Source: the human T2T-CHM13v2.0 reference genome, Homo sapiens
Strand: one strand, 5' to 3'
DNA: 64,000 nucleotides
Assembly (NCBI RefSeq): GCF_009914755.1
Contig: NC_060940.1
Shown here: positions 29,086 to 53,349 of the stretch, piece after piece
Numbering within the stretch: the first letter of the stretch is position 1
How the letters are laid out: every line of letters starts with the position of its first letter
Program-made: the position numbers and the translations under genes
Notes under the pieces: model-generated
The model's database searches: none
Seen by the model: only the letters and a program-made list of their open reading frames with translations
What the model was told of the DNA's origin: nothing

Positions 29086-31099
29086 AGCAATATATATATA
29101 TATTTGCTTTTTAGTTAGAAAATGCTTGCAATTTCATTTTTTTCTTTGTAATATCATTTGTACATTTCAGATTCTTTCTCTATCATCATAGTATACACAG
29201 AAAGAGTTAGCGTATTCTTTTAAATTCTAGTTTGAAAAATATGAAAAGAGCCTGCCTTTTAAGTTTTGTGAATTATTCAAGGTGGAAATGGAATTTTCTG
29301 ATTTCGTATGTGCACGTATGTGTTTATATATTAGTATAAAAATGATTTCTCTTAATCTTTGAATTTGCAATGATTCTGCAATATACTGAAGACTTCTTTG
29401 GAAATAATAATAGGAATAGATGACCTTAATTGATTCCCTATTAGTTCCAGGCACGATTGTACACATAAACATATTAACTCTTTTAATCCTCTTCGGGTTA
29501 GTATTTTAATTATTCTCATTTCGTGACTGAAGTCCAGAGACATTATCTAATATGTCAAGGTCAAGGTCACACAACTTTTCAATGTCCGTGTTCTGATTCA
29601 GATTCCAGGCAGTTTTCTTCTAGGACCCACCTTTTAAATCAAACAGAAAATATTTCCTATGCTGGGGACCACGTGAAAATATAGCAGCAACACCATCCTG
29701 CCCTTAAGTGAAAGAAAACTTTTTTAATGTAGCGAGTAGAATTTCCTCACTTGTATTGTCTTCTTCCTTTATTTTTTAAGTATTGGCAAGTACAATGTCT
29801 TATTTATATTAGTAAAGGCTCAATAGACATCCACAGCCAGGCATGGTGCCATACACTTTCCATGACTTATTAAGTCTCACAACCACTCTTTGACAGAATT
29901 GCTATTAATATTGCCTGGACTTAAATTTTTACTTTGCCACATTATAATCATATGACCTTGGGCAAGAAGCTTAATTTATCTATGTCTCAGTTCCCATATT
30001 TGTAAAATACAGTCTGATTTCAGAGCTTATAACCTTAGCCATTGGATATTGCCTACCACTAATATAAGATGCTATTGATTGCATAAGAATAATATATTTA
30101 ATTATTCTTAACATCTTATAATTTGTGGTGTTTTTTCAGAGCATCATAATTTCCAATTGCTCTATCAACAGAAAGATATGAGAATCACTGATCTACTATC
30201 TTTTGTGAAAATGGCTTCCGCAAATCCAGGACTTGGGTCATGGAGAAGCAGTGAACCTTTAACTTGAGTTATTACTACATTTAAATCTGTGTAATTATTA
30301 CCCTGAATTTACTGAGCATAAGCTAGATGACACAAAATAACATATTTTCATTTTTCAGCATTTTAAATTGAATAACAAATATGTTCATTTGTTGGTAATA
30401 TCAATCTCAAACCTATACCGAAACAATCAAAATGTAAAATGTAAAATCCAATTATGTAATCCAGATTGAAATTTTATTTCACTTTTTAAAGTTGAGCTGT
30501 ATCTGTGAAATTTAAATAACCAGACTATGATATTTTAATGGGTGATTCGGCTTACCCAATGGCCAAGTCAATAAACTGCAGAAATTGACTCTTTATTATG
30601 GCACATGAAACCAAGTCAACCCTGAATATAAACAGGCAATTTCTCTTTTGGAGCTATAGTTAGAAGTAAATACTCTTCACATATGGGGAAACTGATTAAA
30701 CAACTTAGATTGAGTCTAATTTCAAAATTTATATTTATATACATGTATAAAACAACTGGATAAAAGGTTTTGTATCTACATTTATACTATATATAATATA
30801 TATGTCAAATGTATGTATGTCTATAAAATATACACATAGATACAAAAACTTTTATATTTATATATTTATTTTTATACACAGTATATATGTTTTACTAATT
30901 CATTTTCCCTATCTGGATAAACTAATGAACAGAATGGTAACTACTCCAAAGTAACTAACTAACATAGTAGTCAGGCTAACTCCTGTTATATGCCAGGTAC
31001 TGTGTTAAGTGATTCCAGCTCTGCCAATGGGAAGAGCATTTAATCTTTACAGCCATTCTCTGAGTTACAGTTTGTCTCTTTTATGAAGGAGAAACCTGA

Positions 31100-31541
<442 letters not shown>

Positions 31542-32097
31542 TAAACCAATACACAAATTAAACTAAAATATTTATTTTCAATTTTGATCTCTAAAGAATG
31601 TCTTCTGTAAGGAACATCAATTTCTTTTTTAAAGGATGTGATTTTTCCAGGTAACTGAAACTGGTTGCCTCATGCATTGTTCTTCAAGGATCTGCACTTA
31701 ACATTTTCTCATTCCAGTATGCAGATTCTCTTTGGATGGTCTTGACTATTGTCTTTGCTTCTAATAATTAAAAAATCTTTATTTCTGCCCACATCTCTGT
31801 TATAAGTTCCATGTACTTCCAATTGATCAGTGGATATGCAGACACCTTAATGCACAAAGGACCTCAAATAAAATAGGTCAATTACTGAGCATATCAACTG
31901 TCCCCAGAAAGTAGCTCTTCCTCCAGCTATGCCTATCTCAGTGGATGATCCAGTTATCTTCCATTTGCATAGTGAAGAAACCTGGGCTTCATCTTTAACA
32001 ACTTACCAATCACATCCTAGAGTTCTGTCCATTCCATTTCCTACATATTTTCAATTTTTTTTTTGTATATCCGTATATCCATGGTGACTCAATTCTT

Positions 32098-33419
<1,322 letters not shown>

Positions 33420-33468
33420 TCAATCTCTTGCCTGTATGTCTCTATCAGCCTTTAAACTCATCTTGGTG

Positions 33469-40975
<7,507 letters not shown>

Positions 40976-40997
40976 TTTATTTTTAAATTAAATTAAA

Positions 40998-41125
40998 TTT
41001 TTTTTTTTAGAGACAGGGTCTTGCCATCTTGCCTAGGCTGCTCTCTAACTCCTGGGCTCAAGCGTTCCTGCCGTCTTGGCCTCTCAGAGTGCTGGGATTA
41101 CAGGCATGAGCCACCACGCCCAGTC
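40998..41125 (-). mobile_element. Alu left monomer (FLAM-like) in the L1MA tail
   Basis: agagacagggtcttgccat..ctcctgggctcaagcg..gagccaccacgcccag; aataaattttt on both sides. Confidence 0.85.
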
Positions 41126-42372
41126 TACAAATAAATTTTTTTAAAACTCTCACCTTTGTGCCATTTAAGACTTGCCTTTCACATCTATCCCCCCTCCAAT
41201 TCACTCTTTATAGCCCAATAAGAAAGTTCTTTTGAAAATCAAATATGATCATAACTTGCTGTATTCTAACCTTGGAATGAACTCATCATTGCTTTCAGAA
41301 TACTGTCCAAGCTATTGATCATGGTTTGCTTGTCCCTTCATAATATTTTCTTTTCCCTCTGATCTCATCTCTTGCCATTCTTGCCATTGTTATCAGATCT
41401 ATCCATAATACCATGCATCATCAAAGATGCTTTATTTTTGTTTTTTCCAGACTGTTGCCTCTTGTGAAACACTTGCTCTTCCTTTTTTCCTTTCTGGTTA
41501 ACTCCAACTCATCCTTTAAATGTTAGCTTAAATATCCACTCCTCTTTAGAACCCTCCATAAGCACCCTGTCTGGATAATGTATTAGCCCATGTGCTCTTA
41601 TATCATCCTTAAATTTCCCAATACTCTCCATTGAGCATGGTTGGGGCACTTTGGAGACTGCATTACAATTGCATATATTCTTGTTTTATCTCCAAATAGA
41701 TTGTAAGCTTCTACAAAGCCAGGAACTCACTTCCTGTCACATAGCAGGTTCTCTCTCTCTCTCTCTCTGTATCTACTGAATCACTAATACATATTAATAT
41801 ATCCTACTAATGTGCCCAACTAATTTACTTTCCTTATTCAACTATTTTTCCATGTGATAACACTCAGTCTGCATTAACAAAAAAATCATGGGAGTTTAGG
41901 TTTGAGAAGGACCAGCAAATTAAATGTTGTTTATCTGAGCTCCAGGCCAGTTCAGTGACTTATTTTTTACATAAACTTAAGACATATCATATGCTCTCTC
42001 TGGGATTTAGGGGCCATCTGTTTAAATCCCTCCAGATTAAGTTCTGTCCCTATCTGTGATTCTAGGTTACTTTAGAGGTGGCCTCAAATCACTCACATGC
42101 GTTTAGCATATGTCAAGCAGAAACAAACAAACAAAAAAAGCTATGTCTTTATGCCTACAGATGAAGTAGTTATTTCACCATAATTTTTGTCTGTCTTGTT
42201 CTGACAATGTTGTTAACATTTTAAAATAAAGCCTGAAATAAAATCTCTAATTTCAAACACTAAAGTCTAAAGTCTATTCTTACTTTGTTATAAGTTTGAA
42301 TATTATTTTTTTGACCACAGACAATGGATAAGACAATAAGACATAGCATGTTTAATAAGTACGGTTACTTAG

Positions 42373-42840
<468 letters not shown>

Positions 42841-43831
42841 TAATATATCAAGAATAATCACAAAGATGCCTTTTCCAATTCACACTGGTAAGTGATGAAT
42901 GAGAATGACTATTTGGTCAGTACTTTATACTAAATAGAGTCCAGGGATAATTGGCCAGTGAAATTTTCATCTAAATCAAACAAACCAATCTTTCAAATAT
43001 AAAATTAATCATTTCATTGATATTAGCCTTCAATCCTTACTCCATTAAATCTCTAAATTCATGCTAGGGATTGCATAGGAAGCAAATTAAAATGGGATTC
43101 TTATAAAATGAGAAAGATAAAATTGTGCCTTCTGAAGAAGCAATTTAATCTTAATAAATTATTTTTTAATATTCTTTTTTCAATGAGGCATCACACTGAC
43201 CATAAAATAAAGTGTAAAAGGGCACTGGTTGAGGAAACTGAGTTACAAAGAGACCACTGCACCCTTGAACAGTTACACCTGTGATAATTTGCTTCATAAA
43301 TTTTTATGGTGCATTTTACATTTTTTAAGAAAGCGAGTATTCCCAACAGTGTCATAATTAGAATTGTGACAGTGTGAGCACAACTAAAGGGAAATTATAT
43401 TTGATCTCTGGAGTATTTAGCTAACTAGTTTTAAATAGGAATTTGTTGCTTTGTTGAAGACAGATTAGAGTCGACACAGAAGATGTTCCTTGAATGGAGG
43501 GCTCACTGCTCTCAGATGGCCCACACCTGCAAACACAGCTTCAGAGAAGAGCTAAGTGAAAATTAAGGCAACCCAGGAAGTGAAGATCATTTGCCTACGA
43601 GATTTATGAGGTAGTTACTGAAATAAAAGGTCTCAATCTTTAAATGTCAAATGTTAATATGCACCGTATGCTAGCCCTTTCTTCTCAAAATTGTGTTTTG
43701 TGGTGCTTTATCTCGTAGTTTGAGAAGCCAAATCTCTCACTAGAAAATATCCTTCTGAGGCACATTCTACATTTAACAAGCCCATTTCTCCCTTTTCTCT
43801 GTAAAATGGCTCTCTATACTGTATACCATGA

Positions 43832-44221
<390 letters not shown>

Positions 44222-45439
44222 TCATAAAAGACGTGCTCTCTTCTAATCAAGTCAGCATCTATTGCTTAAGCACAAATATGCTCTTAGAAACCTTTTACCA
44301 ACACCTCTGGGTTGCTGGGGTCAGTGCCCAGCATACTACAGCTGCTCATTAAATGGTAGTCCTTGTTTCTCTAGTTGTTCAATGTATGTGTTGTATGATA
44401 GGGCCTGGGCTGGAGAACACAGTCTTCCATAGCCAGCAAATCAATCGGCAGAAATAACAGCAGAATTAAACAAATAGGAGCTTTTTTTTAAAAAAATAGG
44501 ACTCTCCTCTGTTCTGCCTATAATTAAAGGAAAAACATCTTGAATCAACATCTGATGTATATCAGCTGTAGAAGTTTATGCTATTTTTCCGTTTAGGGGT
44601 TATTCTACTCTCTCTTAATGAAAAACAAGAATATAGGGACCCTTTGCCATAGAATAACAGTGGATCTGATCTGAATCTTTTTTGACTTGAACAGGGATGC
44701 CACTCTCTGTGACCCCAAGTACATAAAGCTGTGAAAGAATCCTGTGGACTTTTGGGAGATAAGAGATTGAAAATCTACTCTCTTCCTTCTGGGCTTCACT
44801 GTGAGCTATTGTTTCACAGTTAACTAGGATAGCCCTAACCAAGATTATTGATAATGGAAAGAGAGACACTCTTCAGGAGAACATGGGGATACATTGGCTA
44901 GATCACCTGAAACAGCTTAAGAATGCAGAGTTCCTGGAGGAGGGCAGTTTTGACCCAACATGAGGCTAATGTGGTCATTTCTTTGGTAATAAGCCAACCT
45001 GGTGCAGTTGGGCTTGGAGAGAAGTAAGTTGAAATGTCACAGAACATCGAAATCGTAATTTGGAAGCCCCAGCATGCAGCAGCCTTTGATAAGATTAGCT
45101 TTTAGGGACAGGTGTCATCTTACCTTGCAAGCTTGTTCAGAGATTGGTACCAATAAGAGCCTTTCTCCAGCAGTGGAAAAAATCGTACCATGCAGCTATG
45201 AGAAACAAAGTGTAATGAACTGACCATACTCTTTGGCATTTGGAACTTTGACCAACTTCCTTTGGACTAAATCCCCAGGTTCCTTAGAAGATTAGTGGAG
45301 GCTCAAAACGTGGACTCCCCACTAATAAGGCTCATAAGACTTGGAAAAATTAACCAGAAAAAAATAAAAGAAATGGATCTTTGGAAAAAGTCATAGCCAT
45401 TAGCAATCTTACGTCATACACAAATATCCATAGAACGTC

Positions 45440-46200
45440 TTTCTATTGCCTCTAGGCACATCAAACTCAACTACAACATGGAATTCAACATCTGTCCCAA
45501 TAACCAACAACTTACTGTTTCTCTCCCATCCCTTATCTCTATTTCCCCCCGTGTTATCCTTCCAGGCACTAGAAACAGAAAGCTTAGTGTCATTTTAAAT
45601 GTTTCTGTCTATTTTATATCTCATTAATCAGTCATGATTTCTAGTCTTTTTTTAATATATATTTTTCTGATAGAGATGATGTCTCACCATCTTGCCCAAG
45701 CTTGTCTCCTGGCTTCAAGCAATCCTCCCACCTCAGTCTCCCAAATCACACTGGGATTACAGATGTGAGCCACTGCACCCGGCCTTGTCTAGCTGTTTTT
45801 AATATCAAATGTACCTCAGATTCATTGTGTCTGTTGCATCTCTGTGACTACTGTCACAGAACAGTCCTCATGAGGCTTTAGTCAGACCATTGCAATAATT
45901 TCCTAAGGGGATTCCATATGTCCAGCCCAGCAAACTTCATTCCATTTTCTATTTTGTTACAGACATATACATGTATGTATGGGTGTATGTATGGCTTAAC
46001 TAGCATTTCTTCCAGATTGAAGTCCAAAACCCTTATAAGCATACACAAGGCCTTCAGTAAGATGAATTTTGCCTTCCTCTACCACTAGACTGAGATTCTT
46101 GCAGGAAGGACTAAATGCATTAATTTTTTTAAAAAGTCCCAGAACCTACTATGGTGTTTTGTATATCACAAATCCTCATATAGTTACTAAAATTGAATGG
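45440..46200 (+). mobile_element. L2 fragment, interrupted by Alu monomer
   Basis: aggcacatcaaactcaac..gaccattgcaataatttcctaa..ctagactgagattcttgcaggaagg. Confidence 0.55.
45650..45784 (-). mobile_element. Alu left monomer (FLAM/AluJ)
   Basis: tagagatgatgtctcaccat..caagcaatcctcccacctcag..gagccactgcacccggcc. Confidence 0.85.
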
Positions 46201-46973
46201 AATTAAAGGAAAGCTGAAACTTTATAGTTTTCAAGTCTGTTGTGTAATAATTGTCTTTGGTGCCATTTCTGGCCTGTGATGTAGTTTTAGTTACCCTGGA
46301 GAAATTCTCCTCATGCCTCCTCTCTCTCTGTTGGTGAAGATTATACCTGCTGCTACTTTATTCCAGAAACTGGATAACCTTCTAACTTCTTTTTTTGTGC
46401 CGAGTGACCCTTTTGACAGACCCTGTGGCTCTGACCCTTTAAACAGTAGAAGTATCCTGGCGTTTTTACTCAGCAGTGGATCGTGATATTTAGAAATCCC
46501 TTCCTCAAACACCTTTGATTCTCCAGGGATGCCCATAATAAATATTTGCATTATTAAAGGAGTTATGAGCACAGTATAAAAAATGAGTACACAGGGATGT
46601 CACCACTTGGCTTCTGATTATGTCTACCCAAATGAAAAATGAATGAGCAATTAATAATAAATGTTCTTGTGTTCTTGTTTTAATTTTAACTCATCAGAGG
46701 ATATTACAATTAAAGTGGAACCAACATTTGCTTTGCTGTTTTATTAAAGGCAGAGTGTAGCCCTCATGTAGCCAATTTATGCAGCTTCATAGAGCATAGC
46801 ATTCTAATATTTGTATTGCCACTTAATAGCTATTGACTTTACTCATGCTGCTTATTCTCTCTTAACTTCAGTGTCCTCATTAATAAATGTTATAGATTTC
46901 TTGATGGTATTGAATGAAGTAATTCACCTGATTTATAGTCATCACTAAATATGTATTAGGATGACAACTGTAT

Positions 46974-47025
46974 TTAGGTTGGTGCAAAAATAATTGTGAT
47001 TTTTGCCATTTTTGTACCAACCTAA
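46974..47025. mobile_element. MADE1 (Hsmar1-derived MITE), internally deleted
   Basis: TIRs ttaggttggtgcaaaa ... ttttgtaccaacctaa followed by ta. Confidence 0.88.
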
Positions 47026-47483
47026 TATTTGAGCCTCACTCATTGTGAGTTAGTCTACTTTAGTATTTTTCCTTTTTCATTTTAGAGGTGGAGTAATGTT
47101 TTCCTTTCACAGAATTGAAGTATTCTGTCAAACAACACTTAGCTCTTCTAAATCCCACTATATCTATTTTTTTCAGTTGAGAAGAGTGTGTCAAGAAAAA
47201 TCTCTTTCTATGCTCTCTAGCCTCCAGAGAGGTGAGAAGTTTGTACTGTATTTGCAGATAATGATTGAGATAGGAGTGGAATTTCACAATTCCTGCCTCT
47301 CTGGCTTTTCTTTTACCCCTTGACTGCCATGACTACAACTTTATTTTTCATCAGGAATGGTTTTCTAGACCTGTCTGGACTTCCCTATATCAGCAGCTTG
47401 TTGATTGGTTCTAGCTAAAGCAATTCTAGAGCTTTCTGTTCCACAATTCAAGGCTATCCTTGTAAATGTGATATTTCTTTTCA

Positions 47484-47940
47484 TTTTTTAAAAAATTTTA
47501 CTTTAAGTTCTGGGATACATGTGCAGAATGTGCAGGTTTGTTATATAGGTATACATGTGCCATTGTAGTTTGCTGCACCTATCAACCCGTCATCTAGGTT
47601 TTAAGCTCTGCATGCATTAGGTATTTGTCCAGATGCTCTCCTTCCCGTTGCCCCTCACCCCACGACAGGTCCCAATGTGTGATGTTCCCCTCCCTGTGTC
47701 CATGTGTTTTCATTGTTCGACTCCCACTTATGAGTGAGAACAGGTGGTGTTTGGTTTTCTCTTCCTGTGTTAGTTTGCTGAGAATGATGGTTTCCAGCTT
47801 CATCCATTCCCTGCAAATGACATGAACTCATTCTTTTTTATGGCTGCATAGTATTACATGGTGTATATATGCTACATTTTTTTTATCCAGTCTATCATTG
47901 ATGGACAGTTGGGTTTGTTCAAAATCTTTGCTATTGTAAA
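47484..47940 (-). mobile_element. L1PA 3' fragment (about PA10-PA13 age)
   Basis: tactttaagttctgggatacatgtgcag..catctaggttttaagc..gcatgcattagg; MKLETIILSKLTQEEKTKH on minus strand. Confidence 0.9.
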
Positions 47941-49537
47941 TTTTCTAAGAGATCATGCCAAAGCAAGCATCTCATCAGGATTCAGAACCTTCTGTCAAGA
48001 CCTTATAGGGGTGTAAACATTTTCCCATGGGATGAAACCAGGTGAGAGAGAAATTGTCACTCATTTGGATAAGTCTTTAAAATTCTTAATCCTGTCTAAT
48101 GTGGTTCCCTAGAGATAAGGTATGACAGACAGGGGCACAGGCCCTTTCTGCTTAAAGTTTATGGTTGCCCACAAAAGAACTTATCTTCAAAATCAAAAGG
48201 AGCTACTCTAACAGAGTCCATTAAGAAAACCTAACTGCACATGATGACTTTTTTTTTTTCCTTTCCTGTCCTTAGTTTCCAGGGTATAGTTCATGGGGCT
48301 GTGAAAATTGAGGGGAAGAGTGACATTTTCCTCTTCACTATACCTTTAGCATCTCTACAGTTTTAAAAGCATTTGTGGTTTTGCTTTGACAATTGATGAA
48401 TGGATGAACACTTAACTCTGCTGCCGCTTTGAAGTTATTCGTTTTACATTCTCTACCCTGTCACACAATATTTCACAAGGGAACCTGGACAAAGGGAATC
48501 GGTGGCAGAAGGATGCTACCCTTGCCTCTTATGAGCTCCCATTCACTTCAAGAGCTACACATATGCTCATAGAGACTCTCGTTCTGCCTCCACATTCTGA
48601 GTATATCTAAATATGTAGAAGAACAGTACCCTCACCTTACCTCCAGTATTGGAGGGCTGAGTAAGCATGATGGTATCATTGTTCTAGTAGTTCATGTTCA
48701 CTGGAGGACAATGTGGCCCAGGCTGTTGACGTGATGCTTGCTTGTTACATGAAACTTCAATGCTGGAATTTGGATTGTATTTTATGCCAGAAGTCGGTGG
48801 GTAGAAATACTCTGGATAGAATGGATAGATTCTGTTTCACAGGGAAAGACAAAAATTAATAATGTGGCAATTAATACTTGGGCAAAAGTCTCCCATGATG
48901 GGAGATATTTCTTACTTCACTTAAATGGGAACTAGTAAAAGCCTGTATCTGTGGAAGGATGGTATGTATCTTGTTGAAAAACTTCTGGATTTTTTCTCCA
49001 CCTCTCCCACACCCTTTAAACGTTGGTAGACATGAGGATAGTGAGTTTTATATAGTATATTCATCATGTTATTTAAAAAAAAATATAGTCCCTAAGCCAG
49101 TTTTTAAACAGCTCTCTGCTGGAGAGTAGTGCTTATGTCAAGCTAAACAGAGGGCAGTAAATGAGGTAAGTCAAGTCCTTCATGAGAGTCATGCCTTCTT
49201 CTAACCAAATACAAAGGAGGCTCATCACCCAGGAGAGGGAAGCTACTTTTAGTTGCTTTTGCAGCAACATGATTTCAGGATGAAAACAGAATATACTCAA
49301 GTCTTTCTCTGCATATACAATTTCTTATCTTCTTATTAGAAGCTAGTTGGCCATTTCTCCGATGAAAATTGAAATGTTACAGATGTTCTTTCCAAAGGGT
49401 CAGAAGGGCTGCAGTCCTCAAGCAAGTAAATATCAGCATTAAGGTTAGGTGGCCAGGATCTGAAAGGGAATAATTAACTGCATGCTTTTGATTTTGGCAC
49501 TGAAGAAGAACTGGTGCTTCTGAAGATATGAACGATT

Positions 49538-49868
49538 GAAAGAAGGAAGAAAGAGGGAAGAAAATGGAGAGAAAAGGCAGAGCTGGTGGTGGGGAGAAAG
49601 ACAAGAAAGAAAGGAAAGAAGGAAGCAGGGAAAAAAGGGAGGGAGAAGAGGGAGAAAGAGAGAAGGAAAGAAAGAGAGAAAGAAAGGAAGGAAGAAGGAG
49701 AAAAGGAGGAAGACTGAAAGGAAGGAAGGAAGGTAAGAAAGAGGAGGAAGGAAGGAAAAAGAAGGAAGGAAGGAAGAAAAGAGAGAGAAAGAAGGAGGAG
49801 ATAGAAGAAAGAAAAGAAAGAAAGAGAAAGAGAAAGAAAGAAAGAGAAAGAAAGAAAGAGAAAAGAGG
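49538..49868. repeat. GA-rich polypurine low-complexity tract
   Basis: ~330 nt of GAAA/GGAA/GAGA motifs with very few pyrimidines. Confidence 0.95.
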
Positions 49869-50939
49869 CTAAAAACTGTGGGAGATTTTTTGGAGAAAAG
49901 CACCAGGAAAAATAATGCTAGCTTGCCTCTAATTAGTGTGAAGAAAAACACTGACAAAGTGAACATTCTTTCCCTTTTTAAGAAAAGAAGGCACTACCGT
50001 TTGAAATTGGAACTGTTTACAAGACAAACTAAGTTACATGTGAACAACATTATCAGTGTCCAATGCCCAGTCTTGCACCTTATTGTGTATCTACTTAAGA
50101 AAAACTGGCTCCAATTAGGGATCTCCTGTCGAGCGTCTTATTTATCAGCTTCCAGAACAGCTGTGAGCCATTCAGGATGCCACCAGTTTTTCCTCATTAC
50201 ACTCTCCTTAGAATTACAGATGTGCCTGGCTCATCCCTAGGGAGCCACATTCTAGTAAACACATTCTTCTCTGTTTCAGCGGCTTCTCTGAAATAAGCTG
50301 GTGAACACAGGCTGACATGGTCAGTTGAAATTGGCTTAAGAGTCTTAAGGCTGTAAATACCCCCTGTAATTTTTGGGGAAAGAAAAGCTGGATAATGAAA
50401 GGGATTTAGGATGTATGGAGAAAGGGAGAGCTGGTTAAAATAACACAGTTTTATTTTTAATCAGCTTTACCAAACAAGTTGTATTGAGAATTTGTGACTG
50501 AGAAGCCACTTCTGGAAGTGCATACTTTGTCACAAGTTTATTTAATCAGAGGTTAAGGAAAGAGGCAGAGCCAAGTAAAAGGGAATGAGTAAATCAACAT
50601 ATTTCAATGAATGTACATATTTTTGCTTTGATAGTACAAACAAATGTCTTTTAAAATCTTGGATGGCGAATTCTTTACACTTCTGGAGAATGACTTAGTA
50701 GCAAATACATGATATATTTAGCAAGCAGCCTCAAAATCTATTTCCTCTCCTCTTCCCACCACTACTTGCCCTCAAGAGCGAATCATTCTATTAATGAACA
50801 CAGTCATAGTTGAAGTTATAATATTATTAACAGAAAAAAAAGAAGGTTCTTATGCCAGCAGACATGGAGGCACCTGTGGAAAAGAAACAATCCATCTAAG
50901 ATGCAAGAATGAGATACAGGTTTTATTGAGAAAGAAAAC

Positions 50940-51338
50940 TGTGGTGAGGCTTCATATTGGTCCCTAATTTGTTCACCTCTCACTATAGCCTCACTCCTGG
51001 GCTGTCCTTCTCACACTGGTTTGTCTCGGTTGTGTGACTTGCTGTGGCCAACGGGATGTCTCCATACAAACAGAAACGTGATGAGTACTTGCACGCTAGG
51101 GTCTTTCTGCTTATGCTGCTCTTGGGAACCCTGCAAGTACCTTGTGAAAAGTCCCAGGCTAACCTGCAGGTAACTGCTGACCCATTAGGGATTCCAGCAG
51201 AGATGAAAGGAGATTAAAGGACCAGCATGATCACACAGCGGGCCCTCAGAGACCTAAACTAAGTGAATCTTCATTGTCTTAAACCATTAGATCTTGGGGT
51301 GTTATTGAAAACAGCAAAATTTAACTATTAATAATACA
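50940..51338 (+). mobile_element. MLT1-type MaLR LTR
   Basis: tgtggt..tgtgacttgctgtggccaacggg..ttgtcttaaaccatt..ttggggtg..acagcaa..aataca. Confidence 0.65.
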
Positions 51339-53349
51339 GAAAGCCAGATCATAAAGTGGATTTTAATGTGTATTGGAGTCATACATCTATATTCAGAATT
51401 TTACATTTGCCAAACACTGTGCAAAATACTGTAAAACAAGACAAACAACCGTCTTTCCTTCCATTTGTTGTGGAAAACAATGTTACTAGCTATTACATGA
51501 AAGGATTGTAAATATTATAAAAAGAAGAGACTAGAGTACAGAGATAGGGCACCTGACCCCAGCCTAGGAATGTGCAACAAAGCTTCAAAAGCAGAGCTGC
51601 AAGGAAGCGTTGATGTTATTTAGGTGAAAGGGGGCAGAGGTAAGGGGTGCAGAGTTGGGCTGGGTGGAGCTCCAGACGTAATGAATAACACACATAAAAG
51701 CCTGGAGGTGAGAATAAGGATCATCTGCTGGAAGAAATAAAAAGAGTTCAGAGCCAGGTCTTGAACTAGCTTTCTGTTGTCACATCTTTTATGACCTTCC
51801 ACTGAGCCTCACTCCAGGAAGTTTCTGCTCCATTTATCAAGGTCTGGAAAACTTGCTGAAGTTTTTCTTGTGGTCTATGCGGGCAATGGCAGAGAGATTG
51901 TTAGAGCTATGTAGCCAATGAATGCAGCTTATTTGTTGGGAGATTTGTAACACCACTTTAGAATAGTGGCAAGCCCTAGGGTATCATATTCCATGTTTGA
52001 GGGTCCGAGCCCATCCAATGGCAATTGTAGAGGGAAATGTGGTGCAGAAGGACACACATGTCAGATATGCTCCCTGATGCGTGTCTATCATGCATAAACA
52101 CTGAAGTGTAGGCAACTGAATTGCTGTGAGTATTTCACAGTGTTATTTTAAGGATAAAGGAAGATCGTTAGGGCAGAAAGCCTTGATTGAGTCTTCAAGT
52201 GCAAGGAGATATTATAGCTTTAATTTAATTGTATCTGATGGGGCCTTATTATAATATTATTAACATGATAGGCCAAACATATTCTATTAATAGATTTCTA
52301 GAACAGAAATAAAGTAATAATGGAAGCGTCTCATAATACCGTCTGGATTTAGAAACTTCAGCTTCCCACCACTATTGTACCACCATTTTGGACATTTGTT
52401 GACTAGTATAATTTGTGTGTCTTTTAGCTTTTCCAGGTCCAGGTCCCTGTTGTACACTTTTCAACATTCTCATTTATTTGCAGAAGGTACCACTAAAGAA
52501 AAGTTTGTTCATTTTTAATATTTGACGCTCACATTCATTTAAATGAAGCATGTGGGTTTATCTGGAACAATGGCTGGCACTCATTAAAAACTGGTTTCTT
52601 ATCCAATTTCCTAATTCTGTATAGGCAATCAAACTGCAGTTCTACATACTTCCCTAACTTTGGAGGTAGAAATGCCTCTGACAGAGAGTATAAATAATAA
52701 TGGTATTCATAATACCTCCTGATATTTCTTTTGTGTTTTAAAATTTGTGAGGAAGAGTCCTATACACACTCTTTTGTGCAACTCACAGCACCCCTGTGTG
52801 TGGGCAGCACACCATTTAATATACATGCTTTTCATATGAGGAGATGATAATTGAGAAGATAGTATAATATGGTTAAGTAGTCTAGACAACTCAGAGTCAG
52901 AAATAAAATCTAGCTGCGTATAATCTTGTGTAAGTAACCTTAAGAACCTGCGACACAGGAGTTGCAGGTTAGAAGTAATTAAACTAATATTCAGGGAGGA
53001 GAGCCCAGCTTGAGTTCTTCGATTCCCCTTCCTCGTGCCCCACTGCTCTATGGAAGTGTCTTTGTTGTACAGAAGACCTCACAGTATCATGCAGTCTCTC
53101 TGGAATATAGCAGTTAATTGATATGGGAATGAAAATTGGACCACAAAGACTGTTTTCTCACTGTTGAGTGTTGTTTCCTTCTTGAAATCATCAAAGAGAC
53201 TGAATTTAACAAACTGAAATAACCTTTGCCTCCTGCACTTAATACTCAACGAGAAAGATCAGAAATGTATAATCATTAGTTAGAATTTTTCATTTTTGAT
53301 TCAATCATTAAGGATTTTTGAATGCCATTTACATATGGATACCTTAAGG

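Noticed and set aside
49445-49966. 173-aa ORF and overlapping ORFs
   Set aside because: Artefact of the stop-poor GA-rich tract.
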